Source of the DNA: Nitrospirota bacterium
GTDB taxonomy: Bacteria; Nitrospirota; UBA9217
Length of the DNA stretch: 64,000 nucleotides
Direction: 5' to 3'
Assembly (NCBI GenBank): GCA_035516965.1
Contig: DATIZR010000061.1
Location: 77,557 to 141,556, forward strand
Position numbers and translations under genes: made by a program. This document shows positions 19,035 through 27,755 of this stretch, in pieces. The notes below the pieces were generated by a model. That model worked only from the letters and a program-made list of their open reading frames with translations. It made no database searches and had not been told where the DNA came from. Every line of letters starts with the position of its first letter. Position 1 is the stretch's first letter.

Positions 19035-19817
19035 TTATTTATCCCTGCAGAGCTGCAGTTCCAAAAACTGGACAGACCTCATGAAATCCAGGGACTTGAG
19101 GCGCTTTCCTATAATATGGAGGAGATGTAACGAAAAGGCCCGGTCGAGTTCCTGCATGATTCCCGGCGAAGGCTTGAGCCGGCAGACCTTGTCCATGTCC
19201 ATCCGGAGCGCCTGGTAGTAGAAACCGACCGCTCCCGGTGTGATCCGTACCTGCTCGTCCCCGGAAGACACCACGCAGTCCGGACAGAAGACCCCGCCCT
19301 TCATGACCTCGAAGATCATCTCGCTCTTCGGCTGCGTCCCGCACGAAAGGCAGTAGTCCAGCTTCGGCTGGTACCCGAGGAGGGACAGGAACTTGATCTC
19401 GAAGATCCTGAGCAGAAAGGCCGGGTCCTCCCCCCCGTCGAGCAAATGGAGGATGTGCGAGAGGAGCAGGAAGGCCGCTGCGTTGCGCTCGCCCAGGGGG
19501 GACATCTCGCGCACCATCTCGAGCATCACGGCGCCGGCTGCGGCGCGGCCCAGGTCCGAACCGATCAACGAATGCTGCTCGATGATGTCCGAGGACTCGA
19601 TCCGGAGCAGTTCCTGGTGCTCCCGTTCGTAGAGATGGAGCCGGCAGTAGGTAAAAGCCTCGAGCGCCGCGCCGAAGCGCTTGAAGGACTTACGGGCGTT
19701 CTTGGCCACGCCCTTCAGCATGCCCCGGTCGAGCGAGAAGAAGGCGACGAGCTTGTCCGCCTCTCCCAGGTTCATGCTGCTGATGACGATGGCTTCGGTC
19801 TTGGATTTCATGGGCAT
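19035..19817 (-). CDS. recO: DNA repair protein RecO
   Basis: N-terminal OB-fold (EAIVISSMNLGEADKLVAFFS) and C-terminal Cys4 zinc motif (CLSCG...CPDC). Confidence 0.85.
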   Translation of the reverse strand: MPMKSKTEAIVISSMNLGEADKLVAFFSLDRGMLKGVAKNARKSFKRFGAALEAFTYCRLHLYEREHQELLRIESSDIIEQHSLIGSDLGRAAAGAVMLEMVREMSPLGERNAAAFLLLSHILHLLDGGEDPAFLLRIFEIKFLSLLGYQPKLDYCLSCGTQPKSEMIFEVMKGGVFCPDCVVSSGDEQVRITPGAVGFYYQALRMDMDKVCRLKPSPGIMQELDRAFSLHLLHIIGKRLKSLDFMRSVQFLELQLCRDK

Positions 19818-19987
19818 GGGATCACTTGGCAGCCGCGGGCTTCAGCCAGCTCCGGAACCGGCTCACTGCTAAAAACGAGATTGTATTATACACGGTTGGA
19901 AGGAGAGAGAAAAGAAGGAATGCGCGGAAGAAACAGCAATCTGCACGAGAGAATACAATTCCGCGGCAGCGGTTAAGCTCGGACGAG

Positions 19988-20827
19988 CTACAGGCTGATC
20001 TCCATCCCCGCTTCCACGCCATAGCACTGCAGTGATGCGCTTTCCTTGCGGGCAATGCCGCGGCAATCGTCCACGATGCGGTCCAGCTCAACGTCGGTCC
20101 GGTCCTGGTTGTGATGGATCAGCCCGAACTGTTTTGCCCCGGCCTCCATTGCCAGGCGCAGGGCGTCCGTGTAGAGGGAATGGCCCCACCCCCTCGTGAT
20201 CGTGTACTGGTCCGGGGTGTACTCGGCGTCATGCATCACGATGTCGGCTCCCCGGGCGAAGCGGACGTAGTCCTGGTACTCGCCTCCGCCGGAATGGCGC
20301 AGGGTCAGCTCGTTGTCGGTCAGGAACACGAAGCTCTTGTCGTCCTCGGTGAACTTGTACCCGAGCCCCTGGTTGGGATGGCTCAACTGCATGGGCGTCA
20401 CGAGCACAGGACCGATCGTGAAGGGCTCTTCGCACAGGGTATGCGGCACGATGACCGACTGCAGCTGGCTGAAGTCGACCGGGAAGTAGGGGGCTGCCAT
20501 GGACTGGGAAAGGACCTTCTCGATGGACTGCTGCGTGTAGGTGCACCCGTAGAGCTTGATGGTCGTTTTATTGCTGTAGATGGGCTTGAAGAAGGGAAAC
20601 CCGATCAGGTGGTCCCAGTGGGCGTGGGTGAAGAGGATGTTGAGCGTCGACTCGCCGGACGCGATCAGCTTGTTCCCGAGCTTTCTGATACCGGTCCCCG
20701 CGTCGATGATGATGACGTCGTTGTCCCTGCTCCTGATCTCGATGCAGGTCGTGTCGCCGCCGTACTTCGTGTACTCCTTTCCCGAGACAGGGATGGAGCC
20801 CCTGGCTCCCCAGCAGGTGATCCTCAT
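19988..20827 (-). CDS. MBL-fold metallo-hydrolase
   Basis: HxHxDH motif (THAHWDHLIG) and downstream metal-binding His/Asp residues. Confidence 0.85.
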   Translation of the reverse strand: MRITCWGARGSIPVSGKEYTKYGGDTTCIEIRSRDNDVIIIDAGTGIRKLGNKLIASGESTLNILFTHAHWDHLIGFPFFKPIYSNKTTIKLYGCTYTQQSIEKVLSQSMAAPYFPVDFSQLQSVIVPHTLCEEPFTIGPVLVTPMQLSHPNQGLGYKFTEDDKSFVFLTDNELTLRHSGGGEYQDYVRFARGADIVMHDAEYTPDQYTITRGWGHSLYTDALRLAMEAGAKQFGLIHHNQDRTDVELDRIVDDCRGIARKESASLQCYGVEAGMEISL

Positions 20828-20862
20828 TCAGCGACCTCCGGACTCTGTGGCAATGGCCAGAC

Positions 20863-21465
20863 TTATGCTCGCTGTTTCCTTCGATGGTTCCATACGTACA
20901 CCGCGATGATCGCAGCGCTCAGGGCGATTGCGCCGAACAGCGCCTGGTGCGAATACTTCATGATCAGCTCCCGCTCGGCGCCGATGAAGTAGCCTATGGA
21001 GGTCAGGATCGTGACCCAGAGGCCCGCTCCGAGCAGCGTATAGAGAGAGAACTTGACGTGATTCATGCCCGCGAGGCCCGCGGGAAGCGAGATGAGGTGC
21101 CGCACCACGGGAAGCAGTCTTCCGATGAAGGTCGATACCTCGCCGTGGTCCGCGAAGAACCGCTCGACCTTCGCGAACTTCTCCTCGGTGATCCAGACGT
21201 ACTTGCCGTACTTCAGGAGCAGCGGCCTGCCGAGGTAATGGGCCGCGAAGTAGTTCGCGTAGGCGCCCACGAGGCTTCCCAGGGTCCCGCAGAAGATCGC
21301 GACGAACAGGTGCATCTGCCCCTGCTGGGCAAGGTACCCTGCCGGAGGCATGACCAGCTCGCTCGGGATCGGGATGACCGAGCTTTCCATGACCATGAGC
21401 AGGAAGATGCCGGGATACCCGAGCGCCCCGATGGTCAGGACCAGCCAGTTGATCAGTTCGTGCAT
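20863..21465 (-). CDS. DedA/SNARE-associated family membrane protein
   Basis: 200 aa polytopic membrane protein with the DedA signature region (GYPGIFLLMVMESSVIPIPSE). Confidence 0.85.
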   Translation of the reverse strand: MHELINWLVLTIGALGYPGIFLLMVMESSVIPIPSELVMPPAGYLAQQGQMHLFVAIFCGTLGSLVGAYANYFAAHYLGRPLLLKYGKYVWITEEKFAKVERFFADHGEVSTFIGRLLPVVRHLISLPAGLAGMNHVKFSLYTLLGAGLWVTILTSIGYFIGAERELIMKYSHQALFGAIALSAAIIAVYVWNHRRKQRA

Positions 21466-21539
21466 CGTAAAAGCTCCTTTTAACCGGAGATGAACACGGA
21501 TAAAGATGAAGCATGAACTTCCGCATCAGTCCGAATCAT

Positions 21540-21745
21540 TTCCTAACCCGGACAAGCCAGATCAAAACCAGAAGCTAAAGGCGTCTCTCGCGGAGCACGC
21601 GGAGGACGCAGAGTTTAAAACCAAAACCAGAAAGTCTCTCATGGCGAATTATTTTTTTATTTTCTCTGCGAGCTCTGCGCCTCTGCGAGATATCTTCTTG
21701 CCGCTTTGTAAAGAATTTGATTTGTTAGTTACCAACTATTTATTC
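21540..21745 (+). repeat. copy A of a roughly 195-205-bp AT-richer repeat element (inverted partner at 50072-50263)
   Basis: About 90% identity to the reverse complement of 50072-50263 over about 190 bp, differing mainly by two 9-bp tandem-unit indels (cgcggag / ctctgcg repeats). Contains an internal inverted repeat cgcagag...ctctgcg. Lies between dedA and era. Confidence 0.6.
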
Positions 21746-21817
21746 TAGCTGAAAGACTGAACCCGTACGAAATTATTGCCTTTGCCCGCCGCATCCTCCG
21801 CGCCTGCGGGTATCCGC

Positions 21818-22717
21818 CTACTCTTCCGTCACGAGCCCCAGGTTCTTGAGCATATGCTCGTCCTCGCGCCAGGCCTTCTTTACCTTCACCCAGAGCTGGA
21901 GGAAGATCTTCGCTCCGAGCAGTTTCTCGGCGTCCAGCCGGGCGAGCGTGCCGATCTTCTTCAGCATGGCCCCGCCCCTGCCGATCAGGATCCCCTTCTG
22001 CGATTCCCGCTCCACGTAGATGACGGCCGTGATCCGCGTGATCTCCGCCTCCTCTTTCATTTCCTCGATTACGACAGCTGTCGAATAGGGTATCTCATCC
22101 TTCGTGAGCTCGAAGATCTTCTCGCGGATAAGCTCGGACACGATGAACCGCTCGGGCTGGTCCGTGAGCTGGTCGTCGGGGAAGTACTTCGGACCCTCGG
22201 GGAGCCGCGCAAGGACCGACGGGATCAGCCCGCCGAGGTCGCTCCGGAGCGCCGAGACCGGGATGATCTCGGCAAAACCATACAGCCTGCTGTACTCCTG
22301 CATCAGGGGCAGGAGGCGCTCCTTCTCGACGAGGTCGATCTTGTTGATCAGCAGGTAGACCGGGGTTTTCACGTTCTTCAGGGTTTCGATGATGTACCGG
22401 TCCCCTCCGCCCGGCTTTTCCGTCGCCTCCGCGAGCATCAGGATCACGTCCACCTCGTTGTACGTGGCGAGCGCGGTCTTGACCATGACCTCGTTCATCC
22501 TGTGCATGGGCTTGTGGATGCCCGGCGTGTCCATGAAGACCATCTGCGCATTGCGCTCGTTCACGATCCCGAGTATGCGGTTCCGGGTGGTCTGCGGTTT
22601 GTCCGAGATGATGGCGATCTTCTCGCCCAGGAGCGCGTTCAGGAGCGTGGACTTGCCCACGTTCGGCCTGCCCACGATCGAGATGAAGCCGGACCTGAAT
22701 TTCTGCCCTTTGGTCAT
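21818..22717 (-). CDS. era: GTPase Era
   Basis: G1 GRPNVGKST, G-domain motifs, C-terminal KH domain. Start at MTKGQKF; the longer TTG-initiated extension is unlikely. Confidence 0.9.
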   Translation of the reverse strand: MTKGQKFRSGFISIVGRPNVGKSTLLNALLGEKIAIISDKPQTTRNRILGIVNERNAQMVFMDTPGIHKPMHRMNEVMVKTALATYNEVDVILMLAEATEKPGGGDRYIIETLKNVKTPVYLLINKIDLVEKERLLPLMQEYSRLYGFAEIIPVSALRSDLGGLIPSVLARLPEGPKYFPDDQLTDQPERFIVSELIREKIFELTKDEIPYSTAVVIEEMKEEAEITRITAVIYVERESQKGILIGRGGAMLKKIGTLARLDAEKLLGAKIFLQLWVKVKKAWREDEHMLKNLGLVTEE

Positions 22718-22801
22718 GCCGGCTAGAATACCCGAAAACACCGGCTCACGCAACAGAAAAGCCGGGAAACGCGACGAGAGAAGGTGGGAGGAACGTGACA
22801 A

Positions 22802-23269
22802 TCAGCGGGCGGCACAGTAGCCTTGAGGGTGCTTTGCGAAGTAGGCCTTCAGTTTGTCGAGGACCTGCGCCTTTTCCTGCTCCGTGAGCGGCGCATATCC
22901 CCGTCCGTACTTCCAACCATAGGCCCAGCGATACCACGCGGGAAATGCCGGATTACCGCCCGCCCGGACGCCGTCATACATCAGGTCCGCCAGAACCTTG
23001 CTGTGGGTGCGCTCGTACACGCACTCGCGCAGTTCCCGGTCGGCGTTCAGGCGCTCGTCCTCGGTGCCGCCCTGCCAGTAGGCCTTGTCGTGGCGGAAGC
23101 AGCACTCGCACCACAGCGTCCGGTCCTGGAGATTCCCGTCCGGGAACAGCGAGCAGCCGTCGCTCGTGAAGCCGCTGATGTCCGCGGCATGATAGGTCGC
23201 GCAGCCTGCGGCGAGGATTGACAGGCAGAGAAGCAGGAGTATTGTTCCTGACAATGATCGTCCCTGCAT
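22802..23269 (-). CDS. putative lipoprotein with prokaryotic phospholipase A2-like motif
   Basis: Signal peptide plus lipobox (LSILAAGC); motif CECCFRHDKAYW resembles the PLA2 His-Asp catalytic block (CxRHDxxY). Start chosen at MQGRSLSG to avoid overlap with the upstream hydrolase gene. Confidence 0.5.
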   Translation of the reverse strand: MQGRSLSGTILLLLCLSILAAGCATYHAADISGFTSDGCSLFPDGNLQDRTLWCECCFRHDKAYWQGGTEDERLNADRELRECVYERTHSKVLADLMYDGVRAGGNPAFPAWYRWAYGWKYGRGYAPLTEQEKAQVLDKLKAYFAKHPQGYCAAR

Positions 23270-23304
23270 TCTTCTGCCGTTGATGGAAAATTCCGGAAAC
23301 AATG

Positions 23305-24108
23305 TCACCCCGTCCCCACGCTCTTCACCGCCGCAACAAACTCCTCGGCCCTCTCCACCTGCGGCATGTGGCCCGCGCCTTCTATCGGTATGAATGCCGG
23401 GTTGTTGAGCCATTTTCGTATGAGTTCGCGCTGATTCACAGATACGAGCCGGTCTCCGGTGCCCCAGATCACGGTTGTGGGGACCTTCGGCACGCTCTGC
23501 GGACGAGGCTGGTTCATGGCCGTATCGAACACGATCCGGCTGTGCTTGTCCTCGTATCCGCGTATCCGCTCGATAAAACCCGGCGGCAGGGCCGCTGGAC
23601 TCGGAAAAGCCCTGGCGAACGCCTTGTTCGAGTACACCATGTTGCGCATAAGGCTACGGAAAGGCTTTTCGATCATCGGGACACTGATGAGCTTTTTCAG
23701 GAAGGTCGGAACATAGGGAAGATGACCGCCGTTCACGATCACCAGATGTCTGGTGCAATCGGGGAACGTTGCTGCAAACTCGATGGCGTGCGCTACACCA
23801 AAGGAATTTCCGATCACAAGGACCCGATCGGCTCCAAGGCTCTCCACCAGGCTTTTCATCATACGAGCGCTTTCAGCAAGGGTCGGGATTGGCAGGGGGT
23901 CCGACTGAGCAAAGCCCGGCATGTCCGGCGCGATGATGGTGAAGGATCGGCTCAGGTCCTTCCAGACTGCTGACCAGCTCATCTCCGCATCGCCCCAGGC
24001 AGAGTGAAACAGCAGGAGCGCCGGGCCTGTCCCGCCAACCCAGACATGAACACTCCGTCCCAAGACCGTCAGGTCTTTCGGCTGTGGTATATTGTTTGAG
24101 GCAGTCAT
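23305..24108 (-). CDS. alpha/beta-fold hydrolase
   Basis: GNSFG nucleophile elbow (GxSxG), downstream His; start at MTASNN (24108) preferred over the long N-terminal extension. Confidence 0.8.
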   Translation of the reverse strand: MTASNNIPQPKDLTVLGRSVHVWVGGTGPALLLFHSAWGDAEMSWSAVWKDLSRSFTIIAPDMPGFAQSDPLPIPTLAESARMMKSLVESLGADRVLVIGNSFGVAHAIEFAATFPDCTRHLVIVNGGHLPYVPTFLKKLISVPMIEKPFRSLMRNMVYSNKAFARAFPSPAALPPGFIERIRGYEDKHSRIVFDTAMNQPRPQSVPKVPTTVIWGTGDRLVSVNQRELIRKWLNNPAFIPIEGAGHMPQVERAEEFVAAVKSVGTG

Positions 24109-24640
24109 AAGGCTCGTTGGCAAAGAGTTTCGCCGAATCTCGCGGCGGTTTTGATAAAGCCCCTGGTGAACCCGCCTTCGCTCAGAAAACGTTCTCCCAG
24201 TTGTCCTAGCCGTTGGTCTAGCAGATAGTTGGTCTGATGAATCAGGCAAACGGGCGTGTTCACCGCGATCTCAGGTCCCTGCCCTTTCTATATAAGTCCT
24301 ATAGGTCATAGACGACCTATCACTCGCCTACGCGAGCCTTCTTAACTGCCTGCGCTTGCAGGTTGTCCTGGTCCAAAGGTCGTGCCCGCGCTGGCGAAGA
24401 TGATAATTACTTAGCGCACCGAGAATATCACAGCCACCAAGAAAAATAAAGTGCCCTGATGGCTTTATAGGATCAGAATCCCCGAAGGTTCCTGCCTGCT
24501 TCGACATCTTCTTATCTCGACAGCGTTACTTCCCAGGAAGTCCAGAAAGCGAGATTCTTCGCTGTTCTCAGTCAGAATGACAGCCCATTCGCTGTCTGTA
24601 TCAAAGGCTACTCCTTTTGTCTTATTTTACAGACACCCGT

Positions 24641-24668
24641 CTTGACATCTCAGGCCTTTGAGATATAT
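24641..24668 (+). promoter_or_regulatory. candidate sigma70 promoter for the CHRD gene (TTGACA-N16-TATATT)
   Basis: -35 TTGACA at 24641-24646, -10 TATATT at 24663-24668, about 50 nt upstream of a GAAGGAGG RBS and the ATG at 24718. Confidence 0.4.
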
Positions 24669-24717
24669 TTGAAAGTGAAAGGGAATAATTGAACCAACAA
24701 CGAAGGAGGCCAAACAT

Positions 24718-25191
24718 ATGAAAACGGTAAAAGGAGTAGTATTCGTTTTGTTCGCAATCCTTCTGACCACATCGCTGGGAATGGCGGCAGGAGCCGGTCA
24801 TTTCAAGGCCAAACTCAGCGGCTCGGAAGAGACCCCCGCTGTCATGACTAAGACAACGGGCGAGGCGATATTCAAACTGAGCAAGAACGGCAAGGAGCTG
24901 ACGTACGAACTCAAGGTAAAGGAAGGCGAGAACGTCACCGCTGCGCACATCCATGCCGGCAAGAAGGGCGAGGAAGGACCGCCGGTAGTCCCGCTCTTCG
25001 GCGGTAAGAAAAAGGAAGGAATGTTCTCCGGCGTACTGGCGAAAGGGACCATAACGGATAAGAACCTTGTCGGTCCGCTGGCCGGGAAAACGATCGAAGA
25101 CCTGGTGAAGATGATTAAAGAAGGAGGCGCCTATGTGAACGTTCATACGCCGGCGCATCCGGGCGGAGAAATACGCGGCCAGATCGAGTAG
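24718..25191 (+). CDS. secreted CHRD domain protein
   Basis: Signal peptide plus CHRD signature (AAHIHAGKKGEEGPPVV ... YVNVHTPAHPGGEIRGQI). Confidence 0.85.
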   Translation: MKTVKGVVFVLFAILLTTSLGMAAGAGHFKAKLSGSEETPAVMTKTTGEAIFKLSKNGKELTYELKVKEGENVTAAHIHAGKKGEEGPPVVPLFGGKKKEGMFSGVLAKGTITDKNLVGPLAGKTIEDLVKMIKEGGAYVNVHTPAHPGGEIRGQIE

Positions 25192-25225
25192 CAGAACGTA
25201 CGCAGGCGTAAATCGGGAAGATTAC

Positions 25226-25263
25226 AAAGCGTAGCCGGGCAGAAGTCCGGCTACGCTTTTTTA
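25226..25263 (+). terminator. rho-independent terminator after the CHRD gene
   Basis: aaagcgtagccgg-gcagaagt-ccggctacgc followed by TTTTTT. Confidence 0.7.
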
Positions 25264-25355
25264 TGCGTTGTGATGGGGCAGAATCCCCGCCACCACCAGC
25301 GCGCGGTACTTTCCATTTGACAATTCACCGCGCTTATCGGTATTATCACACTACA

Positions 25356-26354
25356 ATGACCCCGGAAAAGATCGACAGCAGCGCCCTCCGCGACAAGATC
25401 CTGAAGCTCAAGAAAGACCTGAACGCCATCATCCTCGCCCATAATTACCAGCGGCCCGAGGTGCAGGACATTGCCGACATCACCGGAGATTCCCTTGAGC
25501 TGTCGCGCGCGGCGGCGAAGACCGGTTATGACGTGATCGTGTTCTGCGGCGTCCATTTCATGGCCGAGAGCGCCTCGATCCTGTCCCCGGACAAGACCGT
25601 GCTGCTCCCGGAGATCGGCGCGGGCTGCCCCATGGCCGACATGGTCACCGTCGAGGGTCCGCGCAAGACGCGGCGTCAGCATTACACCGACGTGCTGGGG
25701 ATAACCTTTGCGTTCGCCGACGACTTCACGCTGCTGGACATGAAGAAGAAATACCCGGGCGTACCGATCGTGGCCTACGTCAATACCTCGGCCGCGGTAA
25801 AGGCCGAGAGCGATATCTGCTGCACCTCGTCGAACGTGGTCAAGGTCGTGGAGTCGCTCAAAGAGGACACGATCATCTGCATCCCGGACCGGAACCTCTC
25901 CGCCTATGCGGCGAAGAGGACGAAAAAGAAGATCATCTCCTGGGACGGGTTCTGCAATGTCCACATGGCCCACCTCAATGTGGATGACGTGAGAGAGTCA
26001 AAGGCGAAGCATCCCGACGCGCTGCTGATCGTGCATCCCGAATGCCCTCCCGAGGTCCAGGACATGGCCGACCACATCACGAGCACCTCGGGCATGCTTC
26101 GGTATTGCCGGGAGTCGAACCACAAAGAATTCATCATCGGCACCGAGGAGGGCATCCTCCACCGCCTCAGGAAGGAAAGTCCCGGCAAGAAGTTCTATGT
26201 GCTGAACAACGAGATGGTCTGCCCGAACATGAAGCGGACCAGGCTCGAGAGCGTGGCCGCGGCCATGGAAAAGATTCAGTACGTGATCAAGGTGCCCGAA
26301 GACATCCGCGTCAAAGCCAAGCGGGCGCTGGACCGGATGCTGGAGATCACGTAA
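25356..26354 (+). CDS. nadA: quinolinate synthase NadA
   Basis: NadA fold and motifs ([34 protein letters not shown], Cys ligands for the 4Fe-4S cluster). Start at MTPEKID just after the terminator. Confidence 0.9.
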   Translation: MTPEKIDSSALRDKILKLKKDLNAIILAHNYQRPEVQDIADITGDSLELSRAAAKTGYDVIVFCGVHFMAESASILSPDKTVLLPEIGAGCPMADMVTVEGPRKTRRQHYTDVLGITFAFADDFTLLDMKKKYPGVPIVAYVNTSAAVKAESDICCTSSNVVKVVESLKEDTIICIPDRNLSAYAAKRTKKKIISWDGFCNVHMAHLNVDDVRESKAKHPDALLIVHPECPPEVQDMADHITSTSGMLRYCRESNHKEFIIGTEEGILHRLRKESPGKKFYVLNNEMVCPNMKRTRLESVAAAMEKIQYVIKVPEDIRVKAKRALDRMLEIT

Positions 26355-26439
26355 AAAGGTTGGGGTGCAGTGTTCATTCCGGAACTACTGCACTCCGAAC
26401 TACGAACTCTTGACCCCGAACAAGGCACTCCGAGCTCAC

Positions 26440-27570
26440 ATGCAAATCGCAATCCTTATACTGCTCACCCTCGTCCTGCTCGTCCTGATCTGGTTCGTTC
26501 TCCAGTCCCGGAACAAGGCCGTCGATCCCGCCGTCTCGCTGCTCCAGCAGGAAGTCGAGTCCCTTCGAGGGCAATTGACCGAGTCCATGCAGAGAGGCCA
26601 GGAAAGCGTCAACCTGCAGCTCGGCGTGATCACGAGCCAGGTGAACAACCAGCTCGGCCAGGTGACGACCCAGGTGAACAACCAGTTGGGCCAGGTCACC
26701 ACGCAGCTCCAGAAATCCACGGGAGACCTGAACGCGCGGCTGGACAACGCGGCGAGGGTCGTTCAGGAAGTGAGCAAGAGCCTGGGGGGGTTGAACGAGG
26801 CCACGAAAAAGGTGTTCGACGTCGGCAAGGACATCGCAAGCCTGCAGGAGATCCTGAGGTCCCCGAAGCTGCGCGGAGGGCTCGGCGAGCTGTTTCTCGG
26901 CGACCTGCTGGCCCAGATCTTCCCCCCCGCCTACTATTCGCTGCAGCACAGGTTCAGGAGCGGAGAGGCCGTGGACGCGGTCATCAGGCTCGGCGACAAC
27001 CTGGTGCCCGTGGACGCCAAGTTCCCGCTGGAGAACTTCAGGCGCGTCGTAGAAACGGGTGAGGACGAGCAAAAGGCCGCGAAGAGAAAGTTCATAGCCG
27101 ACGTAAAGAAGCACATCGACGCCATTGCGGGCAAGTACATCCTGCCCGATGAGGGCACCTTCGATTTTGCGCTCATGTACATCCCGGCAGAGAACGTATA
27201 CTACGAACTGATCATCAAGGACGAGGCCGTGGACACGGAAAAGGCGCTGATCAACTACGCCTTCACGAAGCGCGTGATCCCCGTGTCTCCGAACAGCTTC
27301 TACGCCTATCTCCAGACGATCCTTTTGGGCCTCAAGGGCCTGCACATCGAGGAGCAGGCCCAGGATATCCTGAAGAACCTTGCCAGGCTTTCGGGCGATT
27401 TCAGAAAATTCCAGGAAGAGTTCGAACTGGTGGGGAAACACCTGTCAAATACGAAGGCGCGATATGATGAAGCGGACAAGCGGCTCGAAAGGTTCGGCGA
27501 CCGGCTTCAGGCATTGAGCGGAGCCGAAGCGACCCCCGTTGTGGAGGAAATAAGAAAACTGCCGCTCTAA
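26440..27570 (+). CDS. rmuC: DNA recombination protein RmuC
   Basis: N-terminal TM helix, long coiled-coil and conserved RmuC C-terminal domain (MYIPAENVYYE, VSPNSFYAYLQ). Confidence 0.85.
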   Translation: MQIAILILLTLVLLVLIWFVLQSRNKAVDPAVSLLQQEVESLRGQLTESMQRGQESVNLQLGVITSQVNNQLGQVTTQVNNQLGQVTTQLQKSTGDLNARLDNAARVVQEVSKSLGGLNEATKKVFDVGKDIASLQEILRSPKLRGGLGELFLGDLLAQIFPPAYYSLQHRFRSGEAVDAVIRLGDNLVPVDAKFPLENFRRVVETGEDEQKAAKRKFIADVKKHIDAIAGKYILPDEGTFDFALMYIPAENVYYELIIKDEAVDTEKALINYAFTKRVIPVSPNSFYAYLQTILLGLKGLHIEEQAQDILKNLARLSGDFRKFQEEFELVGKHLSNTKARYDEADKRLERFGDRLQALSGAEATPVVEEIRKLPL

Positions 27571-27755
27571 CGCCAGCGGCAGCCCGTCCCCGCCGCGGTC
27601 CTGCTCACATCCACGCGGTCTTGCAGCGCTGCATCCATTCGGATTGCTTCACTCCCCCGCTGTGCATGCCTCTGCTGGAATCCCTTTCTCTTCGCCGTCT
27701 TTCCCGAAAGCCGATTGAGCATCATGGCCGGGACGTCCGCCAGCCGCGCTCTGCA

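Noticed and set aside
21506-21748. 80-aa and 66-aa ORFs (21506-21748 plus strand; 49963-50163 minus strand) inside the two repeat copies
   Set aside because: Both begin MANYF but diverge into different frames after an indel between the copies; the repeat is therefore not conserved as coding sequence.
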